Positions 25,500-38,059 of a stretch of DNA of 64,000 nucleotides are shown here, one piece after another. Position 1 is the stretch's first letter. Every line of letters starts with the position of its first letter. The notes under the pieces were generated by a model that was given only the letters and a program-made list of their open reading frames with translations, ran no database searches and had not been told where the DNA came from. Source of the stretch: Felis catus (lineage: Eukaryota); assembly GCF_018350175.1 (NCBI RefSeq), contig NC_058369.1, positions 10,788,001-10,852,000 of the forward strand. The letters run 5' to 3'. Position numbers and translations under genes: made by a program.

Positions 25500-26200
25500 G
25501 TAGCAGCCATTCTGCGAAACTGGCACAGTCACTGAATAAATACATTCATTACTTACGCAAGCAAATAAACACAGTGATCACTTGCTATGGACTAAGTTGA
25601 ATTGGCCCCGGGGTGATGATGGATTAATGTTCTCGGACAACCCTGTCATCCACGGTGCCCGGGGCTGTTGGACTCACCTGGCTGGGTGTCTGACAGGAAG
25701 GTCTCCGTGTGAAACTGAATTCTTCCCAGGACAGCAGGTAACAGGGACTAAGGCTCTGTCCTCAGCGGAGACAGCAGGGGGGAGTGAAGCATCATTCCCA
25801 GCCAGAATTAGGACTCAGAACAAACAGACCAAACCCACTCGCCTTCCTGCCCAAGGTCGCACAGGCTGACAGGAGACCAGAGGTATTTACACCTCCCTGT
25901 ATCTGCTCATTAGGCGCATTTCCCTCTTGTTACTCCAACCTCTAAGCGTATGATTCCCAATGGAAAGCTGCTCTGGACATAAAGGATTTCTTCCTGATGA
26001 ATCTCAGTTCCCAAAAGACTCGGTTAGAGATCAAGGGAATCCAGTTCTTTTCTTCTTTCTCCTTTTCCCTGAACTTGCCCTCTTCCTGTTATGTAAATCT
26101 CCTAGCACGTTATCTCAGCTCACAGTTACACTTTTCTCCAGCTCTAAGACGGAAGGACACACCGGGATTAGGTCTCTCTAACTTCAAAACCTTGACTGGT
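25500..26200 (-). promoter_or_regulatory. Candidate promoter / non-coding exon 1 module Y for OR-3
   Basis: Core similar to module X. CAG|GTGAGT donor at 25678/25677, ~3.6 kb upstream of the OR-3 ATG. Confidence 0.5.
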
Positions 26201-26231
26201 CTCGGGGACCCAGCCCCGCCATCTCCAGTGT

Positions 26232-26370
26232 CTCCTCTTCTCCTTCCCCTCCCCCTCTTCGTCTTCCTCTTCCTCCTTCTTCTCCTCCTCCCTCTTCTTC
26301 TCCTTCTCCTCCTCCTCCTCCTTCTTCTTCTTCTTCTTCATCTTCTTCTTCATCTTCTTGTCTTCTTCTA
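26232..26370. repeat. (TCC)n/(TTC)n polypyrimidine low-complexity tract
   Basis: Direct reading; adjoins a SINE tail. Confidence 0.9.
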
Positions 26371-26389
26371 TAGGAGAAAAAGTACCAAG

Positions 26390-26695
26390 GAGAGGCAGAG
26401 AGAGAGACAGGGAGAGAGATAATCATAAGGAGACTCCTCACTCTCAATGCAGAACCTGATGGGGGCTCAATCTCCAGGTTCCTGAGATTGGGACCTGAGC
26501 CAAAAGCAAGAGCCAGATGCTCAGCCAACTGAGTCACCCAACAACCCTAGTGTCTATTTTTAAAAAAATATTTTTCAATGTTAATTTATTTTGGAGAGAC
26601 AGAGAGACAGAGCATGATCAAGGGAGGGGCAGAGAGAGAGGGAGACACAGAATCTGAAGCAGGCTCTGGGCTCTGAGCTATGAGCACAGAGAAGC
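26390..26695 (-). mobile_element. Two CAN-SINE pieces (26390-26548 and 26560-26695)
   Basis: GACCTGAGCCAAAAGCAAGAG...CTGAGTCACCC, and GGAGGGGCAGAGAGAGAGGGAGACACAGAATCTGAAGCAGGCTC. Confidence 0.85.
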
Positions 26696-27572
26696 ACAGA
26701 GAACTGGCTTCTTCTGATAATAAACCTTGGGTTCTACACACTGGCTTCAAGACACTTTTGCCATCACAATTAGGAATTTCTTACATTATCACAAGGTAAA
26801 AGCTGTCAGTTGGTCCTTTGTTACTAAATGTTTAATTATAACAGATGTATTTAAATGTTTTATGTACTACAATGTGAGCTTGACATCTCATAGGGATAGT
26901 TGGATTCAATGTTTATAAACATCTTATCCCTGAGGAAGTACATTTATGAGCTCCATTCTACATTGTAGAAATGGTGCTTGGTCATGTCTAGTCGTCTGTC
27001 TAAATTTAATACCTGAGTATGTGGTGACCCTTGAGTTTGATTCTGTCAGGATGCTTCCAGTTCTCAAACTCTGGGCATGGTTTGCAGCCAGAAATGAATT
27101 TTCCCCTGAGGATGTCTGTCAAAGTCTGAAGGGAAGCTGCCAAACACCTACAATTCAAAGGGAAGCACCCCCTAAAATATTATCCTGCCACAAATGTCGA
27201 TCATAAAAGGTGAGAAACCCAGCTACACCAGCAGTTCTCCAACTTCAATGCACGTGTGCATTCACACAGATCCCACTACAAACGCAGAATCTGATCTCCC
27301 ATCCTGGGTGGCCCAGAGATTCTGCATTTCTACCAGCTCCTGGGTGATGCTAAACTGTGGGTCTGGGTCTGTGGGCCACTCTTTGATTAGCAAGGCTGGG
27401 ATCTTTGTGTTAAAGACAGGTGTAGGTATTTTTAAGTCTTCTGCACCAAATGGTGTCCTTGCATGCATGTAATTTTGAAGGAATAATGTATTCACTCTTT
27501 CTTCAGTCTGTGTCAATTCTGTGTTTATTGCTTTTCTAAGTGACAAAAATAATACATTTATGAAAAAGACTT

Positions 27573-28066
27573 TGTAGTGGTCAGAATAAGACCCTTCCAA
27601 ATATGTCCACATCCTAATTCCCAGGACCTTTCACATGTTATTTTTGATAGCAATGCAGGATTAAGGTAGCAGACTAAACAGGGCTGTAAGTTAGCTGCCA
27701 TGGAGACAAAAGGATCAGCTGGGATTCTCTAGGTGGGACTAGGGTAGTCAGGATGGTCCTCCAAATGTTGAGGATGGAGACAAAAGAGTTGATGTCAGAG
27801 ATTTTGAGAACGCTCTCCTGCTGGCCATGAAGGTGGTGGAAGAGCCATGAGCCAAGAAATGCAGGTGGCCAGCAACAGAGACTGTAATTGGAAAGGAAAC
27901 ACATTCTCCCCTGAGCCTCCAGAAGGACCACAACCGTGCAGACACCTTGCTATTAGCCGGACGAGACTCCTTCGAAGCTTCTGACTCCAGAACTGTAAGA
28001 ACCTGTATGTGTTTGTCTTCAGCAGCTAGTGTGGGAATGTTTTATAACAGCAGTAGGAATCTCACA
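27573..28066 (+). mobile_element. MLT1 (MLT1D-like) solo LTR
   Basis: TGTAGTGGTCAGAATAA...ATGTCCACATCCTAATTCC...GAGCCAAGAAATGCAGGTGGCC...TTCTCCCCTGAGCCTCCAGAAGG...CAGCAGTAGGAA. Confidence 0.82.
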
Positions 28067-28309
28067 GGGACACAGTCAATAAAATTATTTGAGGGAACCG
28101 AGTTTAAGCTCCTCCATTCATCAGCTTCCCTTGGTTAAGGTCAATTGACATTTAAAGAACCCACATTATGGAGAAGAAATTAAATCAATTTGGAGATATT
28201 CTGCCTAGCACCTGGTAGAGTGAATTCCTGGAGCATAAATGTGAGTGTGGTCTATGATGCTTTTGAGGTAGCGAGATAGGCAATCAACTCATGATCAAAA
28301 TTTAGGTCA

Positions 28310-29050
28310 CTCGTATCTTCTTTATCCTTTCATCAATCCATGGACATTTGGGCTCTTTGCATAACTGGCTATTGTTAATAACACTGCTATAAACATTGGG
28401 GTACATATGCCCCTTTNNNNNNNNNNNNNNNNNNNNNNNNNNNNNNNNNNNNNNNNNNNNNNNNNNNNNNNNNNNNNNNNNNNNNNNNNNNNNNNNNNNN
28501 NNNNNNNNNNNNNNNNNNNNNNNNNNNNNNNNNNNNNNNNNNNNNNNNNNNNNNNNNNNNNNNNNNNNNNNNNNNNNNNNNNNNNNNNNNNNNNNNNNNN
28601 NNNNNNNNNNNNNNNNNNNNNNNNNNNNNNNNNNNNNNNNNNNNNNNNNNNNNNNNNNNNNAATGAAATCTTCCATTTGCAACAACGTGGTTGGAACTAG
28701 AGTGTATTATGGTAAGCAAAATATGTCCATCAGAGAAAGATCAATATAATATGATTTCACTCATATGGGAAACTTAAGAAACAAAACCGATGAACATCGG
28801 GGAAGGGAAGGAAAACTAAGATGAAAACAGAGAGGGAGGCAATTTATAAAAGACTCAAAAATACAGAGAAGAAATTCAGGGTTGCTGGAGAGGAAGTGGG
28901 TGGGGGGAGGGGCTAAATGGGTGATGGGCATTAGGGAGGGCACTTGTTGGGACCAGCACTGGGAGTATGTGTAAGTGATGTATCACTGGGTTCTACTCGT
29001 GAAACCAACACTGCACTGTATGTTAACTAACTTGAATTGAAATGAATAAA
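28310..29050. mobile_element. L1 3' end with 5' inversion (28310-28416 antisense; 28662-29050 sense), junction inside the N gap
   Basis: KEPKCP-coding region in antisense; AATGAAATCTTCCATTTGCAACAAC...3'UTR in sense. Confidence 0.85.
28417..28661. other. Assembly gap (245 N)
   Basis: Run of N. Confidence 1.
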
Positions 29051-29056
29051 TGTAAG

Positions 29057-29202
29057 GTGTGCTTGGGTGGCTCAGTCAGTTAAGCATTCGACTTCGGCTC
29101 AGGTCATGATCTCACAGCTCTTGAATTCAAGCCCCATGTCGGGCTCTGTGCTGACAGCTTAAATTCTATGTCTCTGCCCCTGTCTGCCCCTCCCCAGCTC
29201 AG

Positions 29203-29244
<42 letters not shown>

Positions 29245-29270
29245 CCCTAAAAATAAATAAAAATGTTTAA
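29057..29270 (+). mobile_element. CAN-SINE
   Basis: TGGGTGGCTCAGTCAGTTAAGC...(CT)n...AAATAAATAAAAATG. Confidence 0.92.
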
Positions 29271-29336
29271 AATACAAATTATTTGGTTTCTTATCTATAA
29301 TATTTTATTATGTGTCTCTAAAAGAACTCTATTTTT

Positions 29337-29430
29337 GGCATGCCTGGGTGCCTCAGTGGGTTGAGCATCCAACTTTGGCTCAGGTCATCATCTTGTGGTT
29401 GACAATTTCAAGCATCTCATCAGGCTCTGT
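29337..29430 (+). mobile_element. CAN-SINE 5' fragment at a rearrangement junction
   Basis: GCCTGGGTGCCTCAGTGGGTTGAGCATCC...CAGGCTCTGTG, then non-SINE sequence. Confidence 0.8.
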
Positions 29431-29894
29431 GAGGTTATGTTTTTTTCATTTATATGTCCAAAGTTCCTTTGTATATCAGTATCTTAACTGCTCTTAATAG
29501 TGGACACTTAATATATTAATGTGTCTTATAGATGGGCTTTATTCTCCTCATTAAGATCCAGGTCTCTTAGTACCTTGTTGTCCACAATGTGTACAACAGT
29601 CACTTCCTTACTCAAGTGTTCACCAAATATGCATCTCCAAGGAAAGTTTTCATGGAACAACAAATTTTAATAAGTAGATTGACTTTAGAATATGATCTTA
29701 GACTCCAGATGCCCTTTAATATGATGAAGCAAAATTGTATTTTATTTTATTATTTTCTTAATTTAAATTATAGTTAGCTTTGTTGAGTCCAAAGAAAATG
29801 TTCAGAGGCAAAGTTGTACGTATATATTACATGTGTTTTTTCAAATAAACACATATACCCATATGTATATAAACACAAACTCACTTAAAAGAAA

Positions 29895-30215
29895 TCTTAT
29901 CTGAGTACAGTTGGCAAGAATGTTGCCTTAGTTTCGGGTGCACAACGTAGTGATTCAACTTCTCTGCGCATTACGCGGTGCTCGCCACAAAGGTAGCTCC
30001 TGTCTGTTATCATACAGATCCATCCAGTATCATTGACTGTATTCCATACCCCGTGCCTTTTTTCCCCAAGACTCATTAATTCCATAACTGGAAGCCTGTA
30101 TCTTCCACTGCCCTTCACCCATTCTGCCCATCCCCCCACGTCCCCTCAGGCAAACCATGAGGTTGTTTCCTCTGTATTTGTAGGTCTCATTCTGCTTTTT
30201 TGTGTGTTTGTTTAT
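29895..30215 (-). mobile_element. Old L1 3' end
   Basis: Inverted paralog of 17690-18000. Confidence 0.8.
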
Positions 30216-30224
30216 TCACTTAAA

Positions 30225-30423
30225 TTTTTTTTTAATGTTTATGCATTTAATTTTGAGAGAGAGGTGTGGGGAGAGGCTGAGAGAGGGAAAGACAGAGAAT
30301 ACCAAGCAGCCTCATGTCAACACAGACCCTGACATGGGGGTTGAACTCACAAAATGTGAGATTGTGACCCAAGCCAAAATCAAGAGGCAGGTGCTTAACC
30401 AACTAAGCCATCCAAGAGCCCCA
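30225..30423 (-). mobile_element. CAN-SINE (older)
   Basis: AGCCAAAATCAAGAGGCAGGTGCTTAACCAACTAAGCCATCC; flanking TTTATTCA repeats. Confidence 0.85.
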
Positions 30424-31060
30424 TCTTTATTCATTTTAAATGCAAACTCATACATAATCTCTTATTTTATGTTGAAAGGAAACTTAAGAGAAAGTTGAAG
30501 GTGTAGGTATTAAAAGAGTAAATGTTTGAATTAATATGCATTTAAAAGAATGAAGATGTGTAGACACAAAGATTTCAAGGTAGACATAAATATTAGACAC
30601 AAAGGTTTCGAGACAGACATAAATGATAGACATACATTTAAAGGATGAATTACTTTTGCTGTCATAATGCCTCCAAGACGTCAAAATCTGAAGCATGCTT
30701 GCAGGTACGTACTGAGAAATTCTCTACCAGCTAAAGAGGATGAATATCTGTAAATTGGTTTTAAATCTCCTTTTCTACTTAGAGATGAGATTACGATGCA
30801 AAATGCCTTTACCCAGGGGAAACTCCGTGAATGAAGGGAGAACCCTAATCTCAGATTCTTAACAAAATTTCATTGGAACAACATTTGTCGTTAAGTCCTA
30901 ACGCTGATGTAAAATAACTACATTGGTGTTTTAAAACGCATTCATGTTCTTACATTCGATGGATCAGAACCCAGAAGTGGTTCACCTTGGTCTAAAATGA
31001 AAATGATTGCAAGGCCTGATTTCTTCTCAAAGCTACCGGGAAGAACCTGTTTACTTTTCT

Positions 31061-31291
31061 TTTCTTTTCTTTTCTTTTTTTTTTATTTTATTTATTTTTT
31101 TGGGGACAGAGAGAGACAGAGCATGAACGGGGGAGGGGCAGAGAGAGAGGGAGACACAGAATCGGAAACAGGCTCCAGGCCCTGAGCCATCAGCCCAGAG
31201 CCTGACGCGGGGCTCGAACTCACGGACCGCGAGATCGTGACCTAGCTGAAGTCGGATGCTTAACCGACTGCGCCACCCAGGCAGGCACCCC
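31061..31291 (-). mobile_element. Young felid SINE (SINEC_Fc) with TSD ACCTGTTTACTTTTCT
   Basis: TSD on both sides. Absent at the paralogous sites near 16905 and 50680. Confidence 0.96.
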
Positions 31292-31539
31292 ACCTGTTTA
31301 CTTTTCTATTCCAAGCTCATATTATACTGCAAGAAAAAAAATCTCACCATATTTCATATAATTAAAAAATTCTTTACAAAGAGGGCTGAACAGCAGCTCT
31401 TAATTGTGATGTGGAATGAAAGTCCTAAAAGTGTGCAAATGTGTCATGAAGCTGCGGTACATAGTGCTCAGGGTTTGTATCAAGGGGCTGTTTTCTCCTC
31501 CTTGTTGAAAAGGAAAACCGGAATGTCGTGTAGACGGCA

Positions 31540-32210
31540 GGACTGCATCTCCAACACAAGCCACCAGCTTGGAGATCCAAGGGAACTAATCCACACAGAT
31601 TGCTCAGTCCTAGACTTGGGCGAAACATTGACATAAGCGTTGGGAGTCGCTGCTGGGAGGTCTGAACTCTGAGAGCAGCGGAGTTCATGAGGAAGGAATA
31701 CTCAACACTGGGGTCACGCAGTTATAGCCTGGTCTATTGGGAACACAGAACCTCCAGAACAATTTCCTTTGTGTCCAGACCAGTGTCCCCCAGGGAAATC
31801 ATGTGCTGCTCCAAAGAGGAGGAGGAGGGGAACGTGCCTCATGAACAGACAGAGGAAACTATAAATCCCTCCTGTGCACACCCACTGCCTGTGCCACCGT
31901 GGGCTGACGGGACCAGGTTGTTGCTGTGGAGTCGAATGCTTGACTGGGAGACTCATGCTAGCCTCCGTTCTGCCGTCTTGTGTGGGGACAGAGTTTAGTC
32001 ACCACCAATAACCATCCAGGAGGAATCCAGACGGCCACATGGACACCTCTCCCTCAGAGCTCCCAGCCAGGTGAGTCTGAGAGCTTGGCAAGACCCGGAG
32101 GAAAGGGTCAGAGAGAATCAAAGCCAGGCGCATCTACCTGAGGTCACCTGGCAGCCACCAGCCTAGCCCAGAACGTGGAGATCTCTATGGCCATGTACTT
32201 GTCTGATCAT
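31540..32210 (+). promoter_or_regulatory. Candidate promoter / non-coding exon 1 module X for OR-4
   Basis: O/E-like CCCCCAGGGA at 31787-31796. CAG|GTGAGT donor at 32070/32071, 2.3 kb upstream of the ATG. Confidence 0.55.
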
Positions 32211-32998
32211 GCCCTTCTGAAAAACTACAGTGAACAAGGTCAGAGAGGGCCCCGTTCCTTTGGTACTTGCCTTATAATGGTGGAGTCACAGGACTATGAA
32301 AAAAGTTTGTGTGGTGTAAGAGCCTCAGGCAGAAATCTTACGGAGATGGTGACTTAGAGCCAGAATGGTTGTCATGGTATGTGCAGAATTTTGTAGCACA
32401 AGGTCTGAGCAGAACTTTGCATGTTGTGCAAACCAGAAACAGGACCAGAGTGTGCCCCACACTCGGCCAAAAGATCACAACACAAAGCCCAGGAAAAAGA
32501 GAGAAGAGATGCCACGTCTAAAGAGTGAAAGGGACTTGTCCCACCTTCTCTAAGATCACAGGACATCCAATTGGTCAAAGAAATAGCAGTCTCAAGGTGC
32601 TTTTTCAAAGAAAAAGCGAGTCTCTTACCTTCCATCATAACCTGCCCAACTTTTGCTGTGCTTTGCATATTTCCTGTGCCGAAGGTGTGATTTATTCCCT
32701 TAGCACACTTTTCTCTTGGAGCATTCACTCTGTAAGGCGATCCACACCCTGAAGTTCCCACTAATGTCGTCTTCTGACTGAATTTAATTTTTCTCCTTAT
32801 TATTTTTGCTGGGCATCAGGGAGGTAACAAGGGTTGGAATGTTGTCAGAACGAAGGATGCTCTTTCTTCTTCATGGCCCCTCAGATTTCAGCGACCACCT
32901 GAGCCATTAGATCTTTTCTGCCACTTCTATTTTATTGCACTTTCTTATTTCTCTCTCTCTGTCTCTGATTTTGAGCAGATTGTTTGTGTTTCTTTAAA

Positions 32999-33214
32999 AA
33001 ATTTTTTTTTCAACGTTTATTTATTTTGGGGACAGAGAGAGACAGAGCATGAACGGGGGAGGGGCAGAGAGAGAGGGAGACACAGAATCGGAAACAGGCT
33101 CCAGGCTCTGAGCCATCAGCCCAGAGCCCGACGCGGGGCTCGAACTCACCGACCGTGAGATCGTGACCTGGCTGAAGTCGGACGCTTAACCGACTGCACC
33201 ACCCAGGCGCCCCC
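32999..33214 (-). mobile_element. Young felid SINE (SINEC_Fc) with TSD GTTTGTGTTTCTTTAAA
   Basis: TSD at 32982-32998 and 33215-33231. Absent at the paralogous site near 42565. Confidence 0.96.
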
Positions 33215-33567
33215 GTTTGTGTTTCTTTAAATACAGGAAAGAAAATGCGCATGCCAGTCTGACTTGTCAATTTTATTTGTTCATGGAAAACTTACGTCAT
33301 TTGCAGGAATGATAATGGATCTGCGCATCTTGAGTTATACCCACTCCGAACTTAATTGTTGGGGTTGGAGTGAGAAGTCATGGTAAAAACACAGCCCAGG
33401 GAGCACTCATTTGGGGTGTGTGTGTGTGTGTATGTGTGCCTTGTGAAATGACATCTGTCATCAGAGCAGGGGACATGGTCCAATATATTCCAAGGTGATT
33501 CTTATAATACAGGAGCCAGCACTCAATCAACACACTGTATTCTAGAGGGCTCTATGTCAATTTACAG

Positions 33568-33613
33568 CAGACTTTGCAGGTGGATTCTAAGATACAAGCA
33601 GTACATAGTGTGG
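33568..33613 (+). other. Candidate 46-nt 5'UTR micro-exon of OR-4 (paralogs 42942-42987 +, 52634-52680 +, 12589-12634 -)
   Basis: TTTACAG| ... TGG|GTGAGT. The AG acceptor and GTGAG donor are retained in all four copies. Confidence 0.4.
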
Positions 33614-34370
33614 GTGAGTGACTCCTTTCTCTTGAAGGGGAACCAGCAACGAGGCCACCTATTTCTTTGAAATTGCCTGACACGATCTCTGATCATTTTC
33701 CTGCTCATTCCCCTTCCCATACATGCTTCCTGTTTTGGACTCAAAAGGCTCAAAGTAGTATCATCCTCGGGGCCTTAGCTGAGGCCATTCCCTCTACCAT
33801 CACACACTTCCCCACACAGGCTCTGGGCTCCTGCCTTCCTTCCCTGCAGGTCTCTGATCAAATGTCACCTTGTTTACTGGTCTTGACCAAACACTGATTA
33901 CAAAATAGCACTCATATCCACGCTCTCCTTTATATCTGCCTCTGTCTCTTCATAGCACTTGACACCCTGTGATGTCTTATTAATATTTGTATTTGATTCT
34001 ATTCATTCTCCATCACTAGATTATAGTGGCTTTTGTTTTTCAGTATCCCATGCTCATGGCCTAGACAATGCCTGGGACATGTTTGACCTTCAGTACATAT
34101 TCCTCCAATGCAAGAAAGATATTCTTAGTAAAACAATAAAATACATGACCTCTTCTGGGAGTGTGGAGCATGAGACCAAAACACCTAACTGAAATGAAAC
34201 AGGAGGGAATCTCTTCAAAAGGACAATCCTTTGGGGACAAAAGGGACAAGATACTGAAATGAACTTCTTGACTGCACAATATAAATGGTAGCATTTCAAC
34301 TATGTGAGTAAACTGTTGATGTGAAAATTAATGATGTCCTTTGCCTCTTTCTGACAGTCAGTGCAACCTC

Positions 34371-35297
34371 ATGGAACCAAGAAATATTACACGGATATCA
34401 AAATTTCTTCTCCTGGGATTTTCAGTGAGACCAGAACTGCAGCCCCTCATATTTGGGCTTTTCCTCTCCATGTACCTGATCACTGTGTTTGGCAACCTGC
34501 TCATCCTCCTGGCCGTCAGCTCTGACTCCCACCTCCACACCCCCATGTACTTCTTCCTCGCCAACCTGTCCTTTGTAGACATCTGCTTCACCTCCACCAC
34601 CGTCCCGAAGATGCTCTGGAACATCCAGACCCAGACCAAAGTCATAACCTATGAGGACTGTATCACACAAATGAACTTTTTCGTAACCTTTGCAGGGATG
34701 GACGACTTTCTCCTGGCTGTGATGGCCTATGACAGGTTTGTGGCCATCTGTCACCCTCTGCACTACATGGTCATCATGAGCCCCTGGCTCTGTGGGCTGC
34801 TGGTTCTGCTGTCCTGGATCACGAGTGTCCTGTATTCCTTGGTACACACCTTAATGGTGTTGGGGCTGTCCTTCTGTACAGAGGTAGAGATCCCCCACTT
34901 TTTCTGTGAACTCAATCAGATGATCCAACTTGCCTGTTCTGACACCTTTCTTGATAACTTGGTGATGTATTTTGCAGCTATGCTGCTGGCTGGAGGTCCC
35001 CTCGTTGGGATCTTTTACTCTTACTCCAAGATAGTTTCCTCCATACGTGGGATCTCATCAGCTCAGGGCAAGTATAAAGCGTTTTCCACCTGTGCATCTC
35101 ACCTGTCGGTTGTCTCCTTATTTTATTGTGCAAGCCTAGGTGTGTACCTTAGCTCTGCTGCTACCCAGAGCTCACAATCAAGTGCCACAGCCTCGGTGAT
35201 ATACACGGTGGTCACGCCCATGCTGAACCCCTTCATCTACAGCCTGAGGAACAGAGACATAAAGAGGGCTCTGAAAAGAATCGTTGGGATCCAGTGA
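34371..35297 (+). CDS. Olfactory receptor, family 7 (OR7A-like), intact, 308 aa (OR-4)
   Basis: All OR motifs. ATG at 34371 (MEPRNIT); the TTG start in the ORF track is not used. Confidence 0.95.
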   Translation: MEPRNITRISKFLLLGFSVRPELQPLIFGLFLSMYLITVFGNLLILLAVSSDSHLHTPMYFFLANLSFVDICFTSTTVPKMLWNIQTQTKVITYEDCITQMNFFVTFAGMDDFLLAVMAYDRFVAICHPLHYMVIMSPWLCGLLVLLSWITSVLYSLVHTLMVLGLSFCTEVEIPHFFCELNQMIQLACSDTFLDNLVMYFAAMLLAGGPLVGIFYSYSKIVSSIRGISSAQGKYKAFSTCASHLSVVSLFYCASLGVYLSSAATQSSQSSATASVIYTVVTPMLNPFIYSLRNRDIKRALKRIVGIQ

Positions 35298-38059
35298 TAT
35301 AAGAACCAATCATCCAAAGGCTGAAGACATGACCATGACTGAAGGACTCAAATCCCCAGAGCCACGAACTGCCAATCTTTGATCAGACTGTGGAAGTAGA
35401 ATCTACTCCTTCTATTTCTTTCTTGGCATTTTTGATCAACTTCTCTCTACATTTAAGGAACTCACTTCATTAAGCTTCTGCTGTGACTGAAATACAGACG
35501 GTTTCTCCTTTGTCTATTTTCAGGTGTCCCCAAAGTTTACCCCAACCTTGGGTCACAAATGCCTGAAATTTCTGTATCTCACATGGGACTAGTTGGATTT
35601 CTTAAAGTTAATTTCACCTCAAATGACTTATACCATGCAGGATAATTTCCCCTAGATTTCCTGAGATCGATATCATGAATTATAAGCTTCGTACGGAATA
35701 AAGCTACACTTGACCAGTAAGCCATTTCCATCATTTTACTGTCAAGGAGAATACAAAAGCACAGTTTCCACCTTGAGTCTGTCAGTCTTTTCCTTCACTT
35801 CCTTTAGGACTCCACCTGATGATGTGGACTCTAACATTGTTCCATTCAAGCTCCGGCAATTCACACCCCGCTCTGGCTAGGAAAGCCCAACCACTCACCC
35901 GCACCCATGAGCTTGTCCACACTCCCACAGACCTTTCCCTGACCACAGCCTATGCTGTGGCTGCACCTTGGGTTCTTATTGTGACTGCAGGACACAGGTC
36001 AGCAACATCTATCGGAGGACTCTAATATCCCCAGGTTTATTACTCATGTATCCTGGAGGGCACATGGGATGCTCAAAAGCCATTCTGGGAGGTCTCAGAA
36101 GGGGAGAGAGGGTCAAGAGGAAGACAGAGAGAGAGAGAGCCGCTGAGGGATCAGGCTTTCTCAAGGACCACGGCCAGGGTGGGTAGCTGGTGTTGGGCTC
36201 ACACGTTCTTGGAGAATTGTATTGAGTAGAATGTGTGGGCTGAAGGGGAAAACCTGATTCACTCATGTGTCAGTCTCTAGTTTATAAAGGGCTTTCTGAA
36301 GAGGTACTTTGAGACTGGTCATAGTCGAGGGCTTATCTGGTGACTGTGGAACACATCTGACGATATGTTTATTCAACGTGGTTGTGTTCGAAACGGACCC
36401 GGGGAAAATACGTCATTTCAGTCCCTTGCACTAAACATGCCCTTATGCTTTGTCAGCGGTCTCTTGGTTTTATTCTGTTATTCACCTCAGGGTCCAGAAA
36501 TTCTACCATAGTCACTGGGAAAACCTGATTAACTAATCTAGATCTCCCAGTGGAGTGTACTTAGAAAAGCAAATTTGAATAAACAGTTCAACCTGATATG
36601 TTCTTCGTATCGGCCTGACCATAAATATGAGGAGGCAAACATTCGAAACACTCATGTTGTGACACACAAAATATTTCTCTCATTTTTTAAAAACATCACA
36701 GTTCGTGCTATGCACCTATTTATTAACGCATGGAAGATGGTGGTCACCACTGAGGGAGTTTGTTCATCGAGGCGCAGGATTGCTTAGTGTCTTCTACGTT
36801 TTATCCCTGAATTATCTTCCTGTTTCTGCTTGAAAACTTCTAATGCGATCCGCTCATATGATTTTTCTGTTGTTACACGAAATAGCTTCCTTTTCCTGAT
36901 ATATGTCACAAATCCCACGCGATGGGGAATGCACAGTATCAGCACCATCTATATAACACGTCCTTTCTACTCTGAAATCTCTTCCACCTGCTTGACCAGA
37001 GGACGCTTCACCCAAGATCTGGATGTCCTGCCAGTCATGGGGGTCAGGGTCCCCAGTTCTTCTGCAAAAATGGGCATGTCCTTCAGAGTCGCCCAAGCTG
37101 ACGAGCAGTCTGTTCAATCTGCTGCATAAATCCTTCTTTGCTCTAAAAAAAAGTAACATGTGAAAGGGACTGGAGATTAGGATGTGGGCATACCTGATAG
37201 TGCCTTATTCTTACTCTAAAGGGTTTTTCATCAGGGTATTATTTTGTTCACTTATAAAAGCAATAAACACAGATTTCTCACAGCCTGAGGAATGATCGAA
37301 TACATGATCCATTCACAATTACAGGCACGCAAGGACAGGATTTGGTGCAGAAGGCTTCACGCTACCTACACTTATCTCTAACACAGGATCATCTTCTTGC
37401 TAATCAAACAGTGGTTCGCAGACTCAGACCTGCAGTTCAGCCTCACCCAGGAGCTTGCAGAAATGCAGAATCTCTAAGATTTTGCATTTGTACTGGGATC
37501 CGTGTGGATTCACGGGCACAGTGAAGTTGGAGAAAAGATGGTCCAGGTGGGTTCTCACCGTTTATGGTGGACATTGGTGGCAGGATAACAGTATTTTGGG
37601 GGTGCTTTCCTGGGGACTGTAGGTGCTGGGCAGCACCCCTTCAGACTTTGACAGACGTCCCAGGGGAAAATTCATTTCTGGCTGAGAACCACAACCCCAA
37701 GGTTGAGAACCAGAAGCATCCTGACAGAATCAAACTCAAGGGACACCACATACTCAGATATTAAATTTGGACAGATGACAAGACACGACCAAGCAGCATT
37801 TATACACCATAAGATGTAGTTCATAATCTCAGGGATAAGATTTTATAAAGATTAAATCCAAACTCCCTGTGAGATGGTAAGCTCACATTGTAGTACATAA
37901 CTAGATCTCAATACATCTGTTATATTTAAGGACCATTTTATAACAAGGGACCAAATGACAGCTTTTAACGTCTTATAAAACAAGTGACAGAAAAAGTGTG
38001 TTGAAGCCAATCTCTGTGACTCCCAAGGTTTAATACCAGAAGTCATTTCTCTGCTTTAT

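Larger units (their letters stand above)
31540..37090 (+). repeat. Tandem paralogous unit (X module - OR-4 - 3' flank)
   Basis: Colinear similarity to 41075-46340 (OR-5 unit). The 3' flank also resembles the OR-1 3' flank at 2400-4470. Confidence 0.85.

Noticed and set aside
25997-26537. Poly-Leu / Glu-Lys-Gly-rich ORFs
   Set aside because: Translations of a (TCC/TTC)n tract and SINE sequence.
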